NCBI GenBank assembly: GCA_013265495.1 | Contig: MU058384.1 | Span: 123,622-187,621, forward strand | DNA from: Vicugna vicugna | Lineage: Eukaryota | Length of the DNA stretch: 64,000 bases | Direction: 5' to 3' | Shown here: positions 40,941 through 54,249 of the stretch, piece after piece | Numbering within the stretch: position 1 is the first letter of the stretch | Layout of the letters: every line of letters begins with the position of its first letter | The notes under the pieces: model-generated | Told to the model about the DNA's origin: nothing | Database searches by the model: none | Seen by the model: the letters and a program-made list of their open reading frames with translations, nothing else | Program-made: the position numbers and the translations under genes

Positions 40941-43119
40941 CTGGGTTTTGCCATTAATCTGGTGCCCTCTGGGCACTTCCTAACAGATATCCAAAGATAT
41001 TTCTTGGATTAATTTGTTTAACTGGTTAATACCATAGTCCTAGTCTACTATCAATACAGGTGTTTTGTTCATTTCATATATATTCTTCTATACTTATTTT
41101 TGAGCATGATAATTTGAGGGTTTGAGTGTTTTATTTTAAACTCTGCATCATCTGTAACTTACTACTTCCTCAGTTCTGACGTTTTAAAATCAGAGTTAAT
41201 TTTTATGTCATTTGTTTTCATATTCTCTTTTCAAGGATTCTAACTCTTGCATATCATATATTTTATTATTTTGTCATAAACAAAAATAGTATAAATTCTT
41301 GAACTTCTGAAATTATCTCTCAGAGATACGTGCCTTTTCCTCTTTTCTTCCCCTGGCATTTATCATTATAAATAAATCTGAGGCCAACAGATTTGTGTAT
41401 AACCATGAATCTTCCCTGAATTAATGCTTATAAATGTGAGTTTATGAATTTGTTTAGTACAGGAAAGATTTCTATTAATATTGTTACCTCTATGAATTAA
41501 TTTTATCCTTTAGAAATACTAATAATCCATAATTTGAATTTATATTGCCTCTCCTACATTTGAGTAAGTTTCTTCTATTTTATCTTGTATTTGACCTTGT
41601 CTTTGTAATCTAAAGGCCTTCCTGAATTTGGCCTTTTACATAATAATGATTTTTTTAAATGATGATTATACATTTTTGAATCCAATATGACTTGAAGTAT
41701 CTCATTGTTTTTCTATATTTTCATTGCTTAAGCCCTGAAGTATCCTTATTTTTGCCTGCCACTTCTCATCAGCTCTCTTTTTTTATCTGTTTGAATGGCT
41801 TTTTATTGTGTTCTTGTCTTTCACTGTTGGTTTTATAGATTTCATGCTTTCTTGAATTCTATTGTGAACTAGAACAAATACTTCCTAAATGTGTCTGTCA
41901 TATTTTTTCTGAAAGCACATTGTTCCTGTCATCACCAGGGCTGTGTTCTCATTATTTTAAAAATATTTACTTATTCTTGAATAATAAGATGTTTGCTCAG
42001 TCCTGATGTGTGTTTTCATTTCTTCAGTGTTACATGTTGTTCTTAATATTTTAGAGTACCCCAGGGAGCTTTCATTTACATGGAAAGGAATATTCAACAC
42101 ATTTTTATTCATAATTTAACACTTCATTTATTAGGTGTTATTCTATTGAAATTTTTTTCTAAAATGTAATACTAATCACATAGCTGGGACTATAACAGCT
42201 TCAGCTTCTTATCAATGAATTGTCTTAAATATTGAATCATTGATCACAAATTCATTTGATACAGTTTTTCCAAAATCTGATAAAACCAAAAGTTTTAATG
42301 CCAAACCGTAACTTTTCATATTTTAAATATTCCAGAATATTGTAAAATATGCAAATTAGTATACTGATAGCAAAATGTTATTTTATTTATACATATTGCT
42401 TTTTAAATACAAACATCATAGGTTTATTCTTTTTTTTCCATCAGCATTATACTGTTTCTAATACTCTTTCAATGTTTAAAGTAATGTTATCAAACACAAG
42501 GGAAAAAAAGTACTGTTTTAGAATATTAGAGTTTGCAGATTTTGTCTTAGAGTATAAGACTTGATGATACTGTCTATGTGATTCAAACCAGAGACAACAG
42601 TTGTCATCTTTTAATGTATTGTGCTAATATGAAACTCTTTACCTTGATTTAATTTCTTAAATCTGGTTTTTTAAGTCTGCTTTGGTTAGAGTAAGACTTA
42701 ACACATTGTCATGTTGTTATCCCACATTGGCCTGTTCTATTAGCATTTTGAAACCCCATGCTTGAAGAGAACTTGATTTGGACTAGAGTTTTGTTTTATA
42801 ATCAGGAGAAGACTTGTACAACTACAATTGTAGTCCACTTAGACTATCACAGTACTTTCTGCCAGAGCCCATTTTTATTGCTGATACTATATCCATGTAC
42901 ATGTACATACAAAGTCCATGCTCATCCATTTCAGCCCTTACCTATATTGGGTTTCTAAAAATTCTATTTCCAACATATACAATATACACCCTCACTCTGA
43001 CTCTAAAATGTTAGTAAATCCCATTCTCTGTGTTTAATTATGGTATAAAGAAAGAGCACAAAGCAGAATATTAGAGCCATAGCCTCAAACTGCAGAAGTA
43101 TGGGGTTTACTTATTTATT

Positions 43120-44220
43120 ATTTCTTAACTGAAGTACAGCCAGTTACAATGTGTCAGTTTATGATGTACTGCACAATGTTCTAATCATGCATATACATAC
43201 ATATATTCATTTTCATATTCTTTTTCATTAATGGTTATTAGAAGATATTGAATATAGTTCTCTGTGTTATACAGAAGAAAAATTTTTTTCTTTATCTATT
43301 TTTATACATAGTGGCTAACATTTGCAAATCTCAAACTCCCAAATTTATNNNNNNNNNNNNNNNNNNNNNNNNNNNNNNNNNNNNNNNNNNNNNNNNNNNN
43401 NNNNNNNNNNNNNNNNNNNNNNNNNNNNNNNNNNNNNNNNNNNNNNNNNNNNNNNNNNNNNNNNNNNNNNNNNNNNNNNNNNNNNNNNNNNNNNNNNNNN
43501 NNNNNNNNNNNNNNNNNNNNNNNNNNNNNNNNNNNNNNNNNNNNNNNNNNNNNNNNATCCATGTTGCATGGCATTATTGTATTATTTTTTATGGCTGGGT
43601 AGTATTCCATTGTGTAAATATATAACAACTTCTTTATCCAGTCATCTGTCGGACATTTAGGTTGTTTCCATGTCTTGGCTATTGTATTCAGTGCTGCTAT
43701 GAACCTTGTGCTGCATGTATGTTTTAGAATTAGAGTTCCCTCCGGATGTATGCACAGGAGTGGGATTGCTAGGTCATATTGTAAGTCTATTTTTAGTTAA
43801 GCAAAACAAAATGACATGGGAGAAAATATTTGCAAATGATGAGACTGACAAAGGTTTCATTTCCAGAATATATACACAGCTTATACAATTTAATAACAAA
43901 AAAGCAAACAACCCAATCCAAAAATGGCAGAAGACCTAAACAGGCAATTCTCCAAATGAAGACATTCAAATGGCCAACAGGCACATGAAAAAATGCTCAA
44001 TATTGCTAATTATCAGAAAAATGCAAATCAGAAGTACAGCGAAGTATCACCTCACACCAGTTAGAATGGCCATCATTTAAAAGTCCACAAATAATAGATG
44101 CTGGAGAGGCTGTGGAGAAAAGAGAACCCTCCTACACTGCTGGTAGGGATGTAGTTTGGTGCAGCCATTATGGGAAACAGTATGGAGATTCCTCAAAAAA
44201 CTAAAAGTAGACTTACCATA
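43120..44220 (-). mobile_element. Young L1 with 5' inversion (minus part ~43120-43798, plus part ~43801-44220)
   Basis: 3'UTR and ORF2 C-terminus on -, then upstream ORF2 sequence on +; candidate TSD tacttatttatt/tagttatttatt. Confidence 0.88.
43349..43556. other. Assembly gap (208 N)
   Basis: Run of n inside the young L1. Confidence 1.
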
Positions 44221-47200
44221 GTTATTTATTTTTTGCATTACTGTGGCTTATTTTAAAATCACATTTAAGAACAGGTGTTGATTAAGGCCCTAAGACCCTT
44301 AGTGCATGATAAATATGTGTGCTAATTGAAATGAGTATTTAACTTCCACAAAAACATTGTGTTGCTATAATATAAAAATGCTTTTCTTATCCCTTTTGAG
44401 GAAATTCATGGAAATACAATGATAACATAAGCTAAGTGTCGCTAATTAACTACATGTTATTCATATCTGGGGTCTTACATATTAATAAAGGTAAAAAATC
44501 CAGTATTTCATTTCTGAATATTTTCCTGACTAGGTGAGCCACAGCCTTCTCTTAAAAGTCCCATGTTGGAAATCATTTTCCTTGATGGATGCCAAAATAC
44601 TAAGATACGCCCCTTCTCATTAGTGGACCACTTTTGTCTCTAAAGAAAAGAAAGTCTAGAGGTGCACCATTTACCTTTTTTATACATTTCTCTATTCCAA
44701 CACAAAGTTGTTTATATTTATTTAAATTTATTTTGTAATATGTATAGTTAGTAAGAATCATTTGTCAGTTTCACTGCCTTTCCATCATCCTTTCCAAGTA
44801 ATTTGATGTTCATATTCTTGCATTTGCTAAAGAATATAGCTTAGTAAATTTTAGCTAAACAGGTATCAGCACTTTTTAGAAAAACTTTAACATTTAAAAA
44901 TTAGATTAGATTAAAATTTTTATTTCCTATTTGTTACTTACTTATATCCCTTAAATATATGAAATAATAAAGAGTAGTTTTGTCAATGGCTTCATAATAG
45001 CACTGGATTAAGGTTATGATTGACCAGGAAGAGTAAACAGTGGATTCTGAAATCTTTAATATGAATACTCCTAGTGACCATGGAATAAGATTTTTGTATT
45101 TCTTCAAGCTTAAGCTGCTTCCTAGAACTGGTGGATGCCATGTTAACATGCATATACACATTGGTACACATACAAGCACACACATAAACACCACACCTTT
45201 ATAATATTTGCCTTCAGAATAGCATGCAATTCAGTAATACTTTTGCTTAATATTAGTTAGCGCATAGTCATTCCCTGGTTTTTTGAAAGAAAAAATGTTC
45301 TAACTTGTGTAAATGAATTTCCACTTGGACTGCTTTGTCAGTATATATGGAAGAATAAGAAAGCAAACAAAATCAGGGGAAAAAAACAACTGTCATAACC
45401 AGCTGTTCAACCAAGCTATTCTGGCAAATCTGAAGAATATTTACAATTTCTTTATTAATAAATCCAGGTCAGAAATAGCATAGGTAACTGAGCCACTTCA
45501 TTTGGTTGTGACTGTGCTTAAACTGCTTAGTACTGTATAGACTTCCTACTGGGAAAATTTTTACATTTCTAGAAGCTTCCTAGGGAAATTTTTACGTATT
45601 TACTTTTTGTTCTATCAGCAGATTCTCATCTGTCTATAGTTGGGTTTCAATGAATAAATGATAACATTATTTCATGCCTAATGGACTTCACAAGAGATTT
45701 AGGGATTCTCTAAACCTTAGTTATTTTCTTCCAAAACAAATGTTTCAGTTGAGTAAGTCTTTGCAAAACTGAACTACAAATGTATTTGTTAGTTATATTG
45801 TCATCTTTTAGTCTATAAATATTAAAAATAAATAAAGTCAGCTGCAGAGAGTCTTGAATAAAAATATATTTGGATAAGGTTGACTTGTTTTAACTGATTT
45901 TTTCCATATGAAAAGGAAAAGCATTTTCAGCGAAGCAGCCAGACATAAGATGTTCCTCCAGTGCTGGGTAATCACTCAGTCGAGTAGCAGGAATTGCATG
46001 GACCATCAGAGGCTCTTTTTATATCTGAGAAAGTGAAGTATGTAGAGTAAACTAAGATGAATTTTCAAGATGAACAAACATGAAGGGCACATAACCTATC
46101 AGAGAATTTCAAAACTGAATTGGCTGAGAAAATAGCTGCTGCCTATTTGTAGCCCATTTTATTTTTCTTTTAGAAACATCTTCACATGGAAGTCAGGTAA
46201 AGGGAAGATTCAGGGACTTATTTTTACTCTGCTGTCAAATCTCTTCAAGACCAGATCTTATTTAAAAACAAAACAAATTAATTCTAATAACAAGCAGAGG
46301 ATGATTCAGTTTGCATTTAAAAAAAATTATTTTCTGAATATTTTTCTTAAAGTTTAAAACAGATATAAAAGCAAATATTAACAAGGTAAAGTACATTTTC
46401 TATCTACTGCATGTAGTAATAGTGTTAGCGGTTATTTTTACTGCACTAATTAATTTTAAAACATTAATTAATTGCTCATAATGACATTCAGGATATTAAT
46501 TGAAAAATTCTCACAACATAGTTTGAGTACTGTGTCCTTGTTGCTATAGGAAGAGGAGGCTTTAGAATGCACTTTGCAGAAACTGAAGTAGTTGGATTCC
46601 TCTCATATTGAGGAAAGAAGAAAACAAAATAAATAAAAAACCCAACAACAAAAACCTGATGTAAAGATTTACTAAAATGTAAGATCTCAAATTAGGTTTC
46701 CCCATAGTGCTGTTTAACCTTAGTCCCTGTGGTTTGACTTAAATATAAAAAGTTAAAAGAAAAAAAGGAAGAAACGTGACCCAGGGTATGTATTTTATTT
46801 TATTTTCTCTATTAAGACATTACATCATTTTTGACAAACATAGTTTAGTATATGTTTAGTAAAGTCCAAGTTAATGCATGAAAGATAAGTAGTAGGGTTA
46901 GCATGATGACACCATCTGATGACCACTGCTGCTGCCAAGTGAACTTTACGTTTTCTATCCTGCTTCCCTGAAAATGATTTGTTTCTAATCCTGAAGTTGT
47001 ATTTTAATACTACGGCAAAACACAGAAGTATTTGTGAAAGTACATTATGCAAAAAGTAAAGATATTAAGCTGAAGAGATTTTCGATGTCAAGCCCGTGTT
47101 ATTAACTGGATATATGTTAATAGAATGATAAAGATTTAAGTTGTAAGATCTCTAGTGCCATCGCCTTAAACTATATTGAAGAGTTATTCTTGTAAAAGGT

Positions 47201-50200
47201 CATTGTTGCCGTCTCATATTCTGTTCAATCCTGGGAATTGAAGGGAAGAATGGAATTCGATGGTTGCTCTCCAGTCACCTGCCCTCCACACCTGCAAGTG
47301 TGGTCATGGGCTGACAGACCCTCTCTTCTAAACCAGGGCACATACAGCACACATTCACAACAATTCTGCTCTCAGACAAAATTTTCTCAATCTAACTTCT
47401 TTTGGAAGAAGTTACATAGACTTAAGTGGACCCCTCCCCTCATTTTGTGAGAGCAAAATCTGATACATATTTCTTAGAAGAAAATTCTTACCATAAAAAT
47501 CTGATCTTTTTATTAAAAAATTGACACCCATAAGCAAATGAATCGTTCTTTTCTCCCAATAACAGAGCATTTTTGTTATACAAAGTGAAGTTACACTGTC
47601 ATTGGGAGGAAAACAATATCATAACACTTGATAGTGTGTTTATTTTGTTATAAGCACAACTGCTAGAGGAAATCAACTACCTTTAGGGAAGAAAATACTA
47701 TGCTTGGAAACAAATTTGTATATGGACTCAGAGTTAAATATTATGTTTCAGGGAGATTAGCAAGCACCAAATAGCAACAATGAAGAAAAAGCCACTGAAA
47801 ATTCTTAAGAGCAAATACTCTGCCATTCTCTGTTTCTGTGTCTGAATGTTATCTGCTCCAGCTATCAGGAAGAGGCTGTCAATCAGCTCTATTGCCGGAA
47901 TGAAGGAGTAGATGGTACAGTTTAATTTTATTATGGAAATTGATTTGCATCTTTTATATTTCTTGATTGAAATCTTTCCAGGTAATGGCATTGAAGAAGA
48001 CTCATAAAACTGCCATGACTGGGGTAATAACTATTATTATGATCAAATTTAATAAAAAAAATTCCCTACAATATGGAAATTATGAATAATTCATATAAAC
48101 TGTTGCTTATAAATGTGATAGAGAGGAAAAGACTTGTAGAAAAAAATCTTAATGTATCCAGACAGGGATGATAATTGGTTTTTGCAAATAATGAATACTT
48201 CATGTACAAAGCAACACTAACAAGGCTAGGGAAGAGGACTCAACACAGAGGAAATAATTCCATGTATTGTATTTTCGCAAGACAAGAAGGATGGATGGAT
48301 TTTTTTAAAAAGAATGTCACAAAATGCATATTCTAAAAATTATATTTTTGAATATCATAATGCTTCTTTTAAATAAGCAATGACTTAGGAATATTTAAAA
48401 TAAGTCTGTATTCACGTGTTTGTGAATCATCTATGAAAAAATGAACATTGATCCCAGTGCTCCATTTACATTTTCCTGTCTATTATGTAACAGTTACAGA
48501 GGCCTAGAAATCCAAGTTATCCCCAAAGAATTTGCACAGACTCAATACTGGAACAATATTTGTTTTGAAAAAGAAATTTTAAAATGGTCATTTGTGCTTA
48601 TTTGATACATAGAATTTTTAGATGCATAATGGTATCTCTAGCTATAATTAATTTATAAAATTTGCATTTTGTTTCAATTTAATTTTATTTCTTTTAATTC
48701 TGTTAATCTCTCTGCTTCCCGCTTTTATTGTCTACCATCTGCTGGAAAACATTGTAATTGCAGAGGGAGGTTAAAATATATGTTATAAGACAAGGGTTTT
48801 AATGGTAAATATGATTGCCACATAATACTGCAGACATGGGTAGCAGGCTTGATAATATAGTCTTGTTCTTATCATACTCAGTTCCATTACAATTATGACT
48901 GTTTAATGCTTAAATAATTTGGAAATTTATATTGAATTGTTTATGTATAAAATAGCTATCATACTTTCATGAGTTCTAAGAAGATAGGGACCAATTTGTT
49001 CTAATTATTTCAATGTAACCATGATGTCCTTGTTACCTGTGACAGACTTGTTTTGCATACATTGTTTCAGTATCCAATAATTATTACTAGTGCCCACTTT
49101 TACTCTCAAACTATATTGCTTTAGAAGATAAAGTATATAACTATTCTGTTTATAATCAGCAATTAGCATGGTACCTGTGGACACACTGTGCATTAAATAT
49201 TTTTAATTGTTCAGTGTTTCTTTTAAATTCTTTTTGCACTTATGTTAGATAATTTGGACATAAATTCTCTTATTTGGGGATTCTTCATGAAGACAACGTT
49301 AAGAAAATAAACCTTTAATTTTGAGTCAAAGATGTAATCATTGGCCAGTCACTTCACATCTCATTATTTTGGAAGAAGTTGCATAGACTATAGCTCATAA
49401 AACCTGCAAGGTTTTCTTAAGCTGTTAGTAAGTACAGTGTCTGAATATTGATCTCCCTGCACTTGTTAGTAAATGGGCTGAGAGAGTGATTTGACATATA
49501 CACTGCATTACTCAATGCAATACATCTTACAATCAGTTGAGGAAAAAAATGATACAGTTATATCACATATATGCAAATATGACATGCACATCTCCTGGGC
49601 AGAATAATTATATTGTCATTTTGTTAACTAGCACAGTCTCACTATCCTGCACGCAGCACTCCTAAAGATTAATCTCTTAAAGAAAGGGTTTATAAATCTA
49701 CAAATTTATTTGTATTTATATTATTTAAGTTATAAATTTTAATCTTAAAAACTAATTCCAAATGTTCTTACTTCTATATAATTTTTATTAACATATTTTA
49801 ATGACTTCAGAAATCACATAGCCAACCTTCTTGATTAAAAGCAGCAAGTTTATATTCTAATTTGGTATATGCTAAGTCCTTTATAAATTACAGTACTTAT
49901 CTTCAAAATACTTTAATAGAACAATAGAAATAAACACAGTATTAAAATCTGTTGCAAATAGTTGAATGTAACTATACTTAAATCACAAATTTGTTGTTCA
50001 AATTGAGTTAATCATTTCCATTTCTCTTTAAATGATTGGTTACCCTGGCTATTAAGAAAGAAATCAATATTAGAATAGTCAGAGTTTTAAAATAATTTTG
50101 AAGTTTGAAGTTTTTAAATTAAGAATCTTACAAGAGGGAAAATGTAAACTTAAGTTCCCTGGTTCTTTAAAATACGAGGATATATTTAATGATGTTAAAT

Positions 50201-50769
50201 GATAAAGACAAAATGTGTTCCTTTATGTGCACATAATAGAAATAATTTTTCCATGTAAGAAATTATAAAGATTATATATAGTATACATGTAAATAAATAT
50301 ATTTGTTATCTAAACTCTAATCCATATATCAGATACCATATATATTTTCTTTGTAATGTACATTCAAGCAAGCTTCTCACACCGTATCATCTGCCCCTTT
50401 CAGGTCTCATATTTTGAAACATAGAAATTTTTATAATTATCAATAAAATATATTGGAAAGCACTAGTTGATGCAGTAAAGTTGAAATCATAATAAAAGTC
50501 AATCATAAAACTTGTAAAAGTCAACTTTACATAATAGTGTATTGAAAAGGAAAAGCCATATAGTCTTACTTATTCATAATTATTCATAATTGAAGTAACA
50601 CACACACACAAAGCCTAGATTGTGTTTATAAATATGTATTTCAAGTTCTCAAATGCCTGTAAAAATAATTAAGCTATTATTAATATATAAGTTAAACATA
50701 AAAGAAATAATGGCTACGGCTTAAATATTAAATATTACTATATAATACACACAAACACACAGTCTTAAT

Positions 50770-51670
50770 GGACTTTCTTGGAAGATGCTAGGAAAATAAT
50801 TTATTATTCTAAAAGCTGTTAAAAGATAAATCAAGCATTTATTCCCTTTCTCCTATTTACACTGTATTTTATGGTAATGATAGAGTTCATGAGGGAATTT
50901 CTTTCATAGAAATATCTCAACCAACAAATGAATAAGAAAATTAGAATTAGTATATTGCCATTTTACAACCTCAAAATCCTTAATGTATAGAGGTAATTAT
51001 CATCAATGACTTCTCCTAGAATAAAATCAAGATAACCGGTCATTATGGCCTCCTGACCCAAGTACACAACATCTATTATGTTGAATTCTTTCTAAAATTC
51101 AAAACTGAATCTAGACCTGACTATTGATTCACAAAGGATAAGACAGATAAACATGTTAAAAGACACCACAGAGGCAGTCAGGAAAATTTTGACTGTGTGA
51201 AACGATATAGGACAAATAACTTTCCTTATCTTTTTTCAACAAATTCACGGGGAGGGGGGGAATTAAAAGGAGGAAAAGATAAATACATAAAGAGAAATCT
51301 AAGAGACACACTGCTTAATTCTATTGCATAGAACTTATTTGGATACTGATTCCAAAATATCTTCTGGAAAACTTCTGTGAGACAATTGGAAAAATCAGAA
51401 AACTCATTGGATAGTTGGTGATAATAAGGAACTAATTTTTTATGATAGTTGATGATATAATCATGTTTTTGAAAGACTGCTTTTTTTTAGAGATACATAT
51501 AAAATGTTGTAAGGAAGAATGAAATAACATCTTGGTTTAGCTCCCTAAACAATGTGAGGTAGGGTTAACTACTAGGGATGAAGATAGAACAAAACTGGTC
51601 ATGTATTTTTATTCATTGAAGTTGAGTGATGGGTACATGTTTATACTACTGTTCTCTCTATATATACACA
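50770..51670 (+). mobile_element. Ancient L1 3'UTR (L1MC4/5 or L1ME3-like)
   Basis: ttcttggaagatgctagg...aatcaagcatttattcc...gaagttgagtgatgggtacatg. Confidence 0.6.
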
Positions 51671-52650
51671 TATACATATATTGGGTATTCTTAGTGTACT
51701 CATACTTCTTCCAGTTCTTCTTCTGAATGAGAAACGATTTTTTTAATATAAAATACCTTACTTTTACAGTAGACTTAGGAATAGTCAGTATTGAGATAAA
51801 GAAGCTCCTTGCTTTGGATTATAATATTTTTATGTTTCATTGCTATATTTATTCAAGCACAGGAAAAGAAGGAATTTATAAAATGCACTTTATGTAAAAT
51901 AATGACTCATATAATTTTGCTCTAATGGTTTATGGATGAAACCTTTGAATGACAAAATATTTCCTTGACTGGATCGTGAATATTTGCAAAGAAAACTCTG
52001 CTTAGCTATTTCAAGTTATTATCTCTAAAATACATTCTTTATCTATTCATTCCAATATTATATATATAATGTATATATATATAGGTTCAAATTTAAAAAG
52101 AAATATATCTCAGATAGGTAAAATATAGAGTGATGATGAAAGTTGTAGTAAACATGGTTTTGATTAGGCTCATTTTTAAACTTTAGTAGGTTAATCATTT
52201 ATGCATAAAATGTGTGTTGCATTAAATATACTTACTATAATCAGTTTCTATGACAACCAAGAAGCTGACCGATTATATTGATTCATTCAGGACAGTTTCC
52301 AAGTTGTGGCCAATTTATTAGACGTTATTATTGTATTAGAATGACTGGCAATAATAACTATAAAATAAGTGATAACATTTCACTATTAAAATTATTCTTA
52401 CACATCATAGGATATTTATATGCTTAAAAATCCTTATGCTAATAATTGGACAAGGCAAAACTGAAGAGTGACTGTAAAGTAACATATTAAGCTAGTGAAA
52501 CTAGAGAAATATAACAATTACGATTTTAGTTTAAAGAACCAGATTGGTTTTTATTTGATAGTAGGAGGGTGGAAAGAAATACCCACAAGTCTATATTGAA
52601 AAAATCATCTTGGAACCTTTCAAATAACATAAAATCTTAAATAAGCCACA

Positions 52651-52946
52651 TGTCTTAGTTCAGGCTGCTATAACAAAATGCCACATAAATTATTTCTCAC
52701 AGTTTTGGAGGCTGAAAGTCTGAGATTAGGGTGCCAGCACAGTTGGCTGAAGACCTTCCTCCAGGTCAGAAAGGGTGAGCTAATTTAACTCTGTGGGATC
52801 TCTTTTACAAAAGCACCAATCCCATTCATGAGGGCTTTATTTCCTAAGCAATTCACAAAGGCCTCACTACCTAGTACCGTCATAATGTGTATCAAGAGTT
52901 CAGCATACAAATTTTGTTGGGGACACAAAACATTCAGACCACAGCA
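52651..52946 (-). mobile_element. MaLR solo LTR (MLT1A-like)
   Basis: tgtcttagttcaggctgctataacaaaatgccac...aatcccattcatgaggg...ggggacacaaaacattcagaccacagca. Confidence 0.85.
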
Positions 52947-53185
52947 GCATGTTGCTGTAATCTTTATCATTTCCTCAATACAAGTATTTTTTGTGTTCTA
53001 AATTGCTTTTGATTAAAAAAATTGTTTTTGGAAGTTACAGAGAAATGATGGAATGATGGTTCTTTACCCATTGAATACAAGGGCTCTAAAAAAAAATCTA
53101 GGTAGTTTCCTTTTCTGGAGCTTACAGATTGGCCTGGAGGAACTTTGTGTTGCCTGTATCAATTGCAAAATAAAATGAGTATAAG

Positions 53186-54015
53186 CCTTTGGCTCTCAGA
53201 GCAGCACCATGGTTGTTTTTACATTTGGAAGCAAAAAGGGGGCCAAGAAAAATGTAATTGGGCCATTTTCTAAGACATATTGGTATGACGTGAAAGCAGT
53301 AATTAACTATGTTCAGTGCAAGTAATGTTGGAAAAACACTAGTCTCAAGGAACCAAGATTGCATCTGATGACCTCAAGGGTAATGTTTTTGAAGTGAACC
53401 TTGCTGATCTTCAGAATGATGAAGCTGCATCTAGAAAATTCAAGCTAATTACTGAGGATGTTCTGGGCAAAATCTGCCTGTCCAGCTTCTATGACATGAA
53501 TCTTACCAGTGACAAAATGTGCTCTTATGGTCTAAAAAGGGCAGACTATGATTGAAGCTCATATTGAAATCAATTCTGCTGATGGTTATCTGACTTGTCT
53601 AGTCTGTATTGGTTTTACTGAGAAAACATAACAAAAGACCTCTTAAGCTCAGGACCACAGGTCCCCAAAATCCAGAAGAAGGTGATGGAAATCATGACCC
53701 AAAAGTTGTAGACAGGTCACTTGAAAGAAATGATTAGCAAATTGAGTGCAGACAACACTGGAAAAGATATAGAAAAGACTTGCCAGTCTATTTATCTTCT
53801 CTGTGATGTCTGTTAGAAAAGTAAACATGCTATAGAAGCCCACGTTTGAATTGGGAAAACTAATGGAGCATCATGGTAAAGGAGGTAGTGCTGAAAAGCT
53901 AGTGGGGATGAGACAGGTGCTAAAATTGAGCAAGGTGATGGGCATGAGACACCAGTCCAAGAATCTGTTTAAAATTCAGACTTTTAATGGTGATAAATAC
54001 AAAGTCTTATTATGA
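53186..54015 (+). pseudogene. RPS3A: Processed pseudogene of 40S ribosomal protein S3a (eS1)
   Basis: Intronless. ATG at 53209 after ccttt ggctctcagagcagcacc. Peptides [43 protein letters not shown]...[31 protein letters not shown] and PVQESV* (TAA 53970-53972). Several frameshifts and premature stops. Confidence 0.95.
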
Positions 54016-54249
54016 AGAGGAAGAAGCTGTAAATCCCGTTTGGGGAAAAGACTTGAACTTGCTTAAAAGCGCACAATTTTTTAAAATGATCCTTGGAGAT
54101 TCAGAATTGCCATTTCCAGAGGACTGTAAAGTCCAGATTTATACAGCTGTCAACTTACAACCTACCTTTCCAACTTCTCTAGTAAAATGTAATGAACAAG
54201 AATACTTTATTTGAATGTACTTGTTTTTATTCATATTTTCCTTTATGTT

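Noticed and set aside
43248..43660. ORFs over 100 aa containing X
   Set aside because: Artefacts of the N gap within an L1.
45970..46026. Minus-strand terminal exon IKRASDGPC resembling a Kazal/SPINK C-terminus
   Set aside because: Acceptor is plausible, but I found no upstream Cys-containing exons or nearby minus-strand polyA signal; the similarity is too short.
47734..47991. ORF with hydrophobic segment (MAEYLLLRIFSGFFFIVAIWCLL) as a signal-peptide exon
   Set aside because: No good splice donor before the stop and no recognisable homology; T-rich DNA readily gives hydrophobic peptides.
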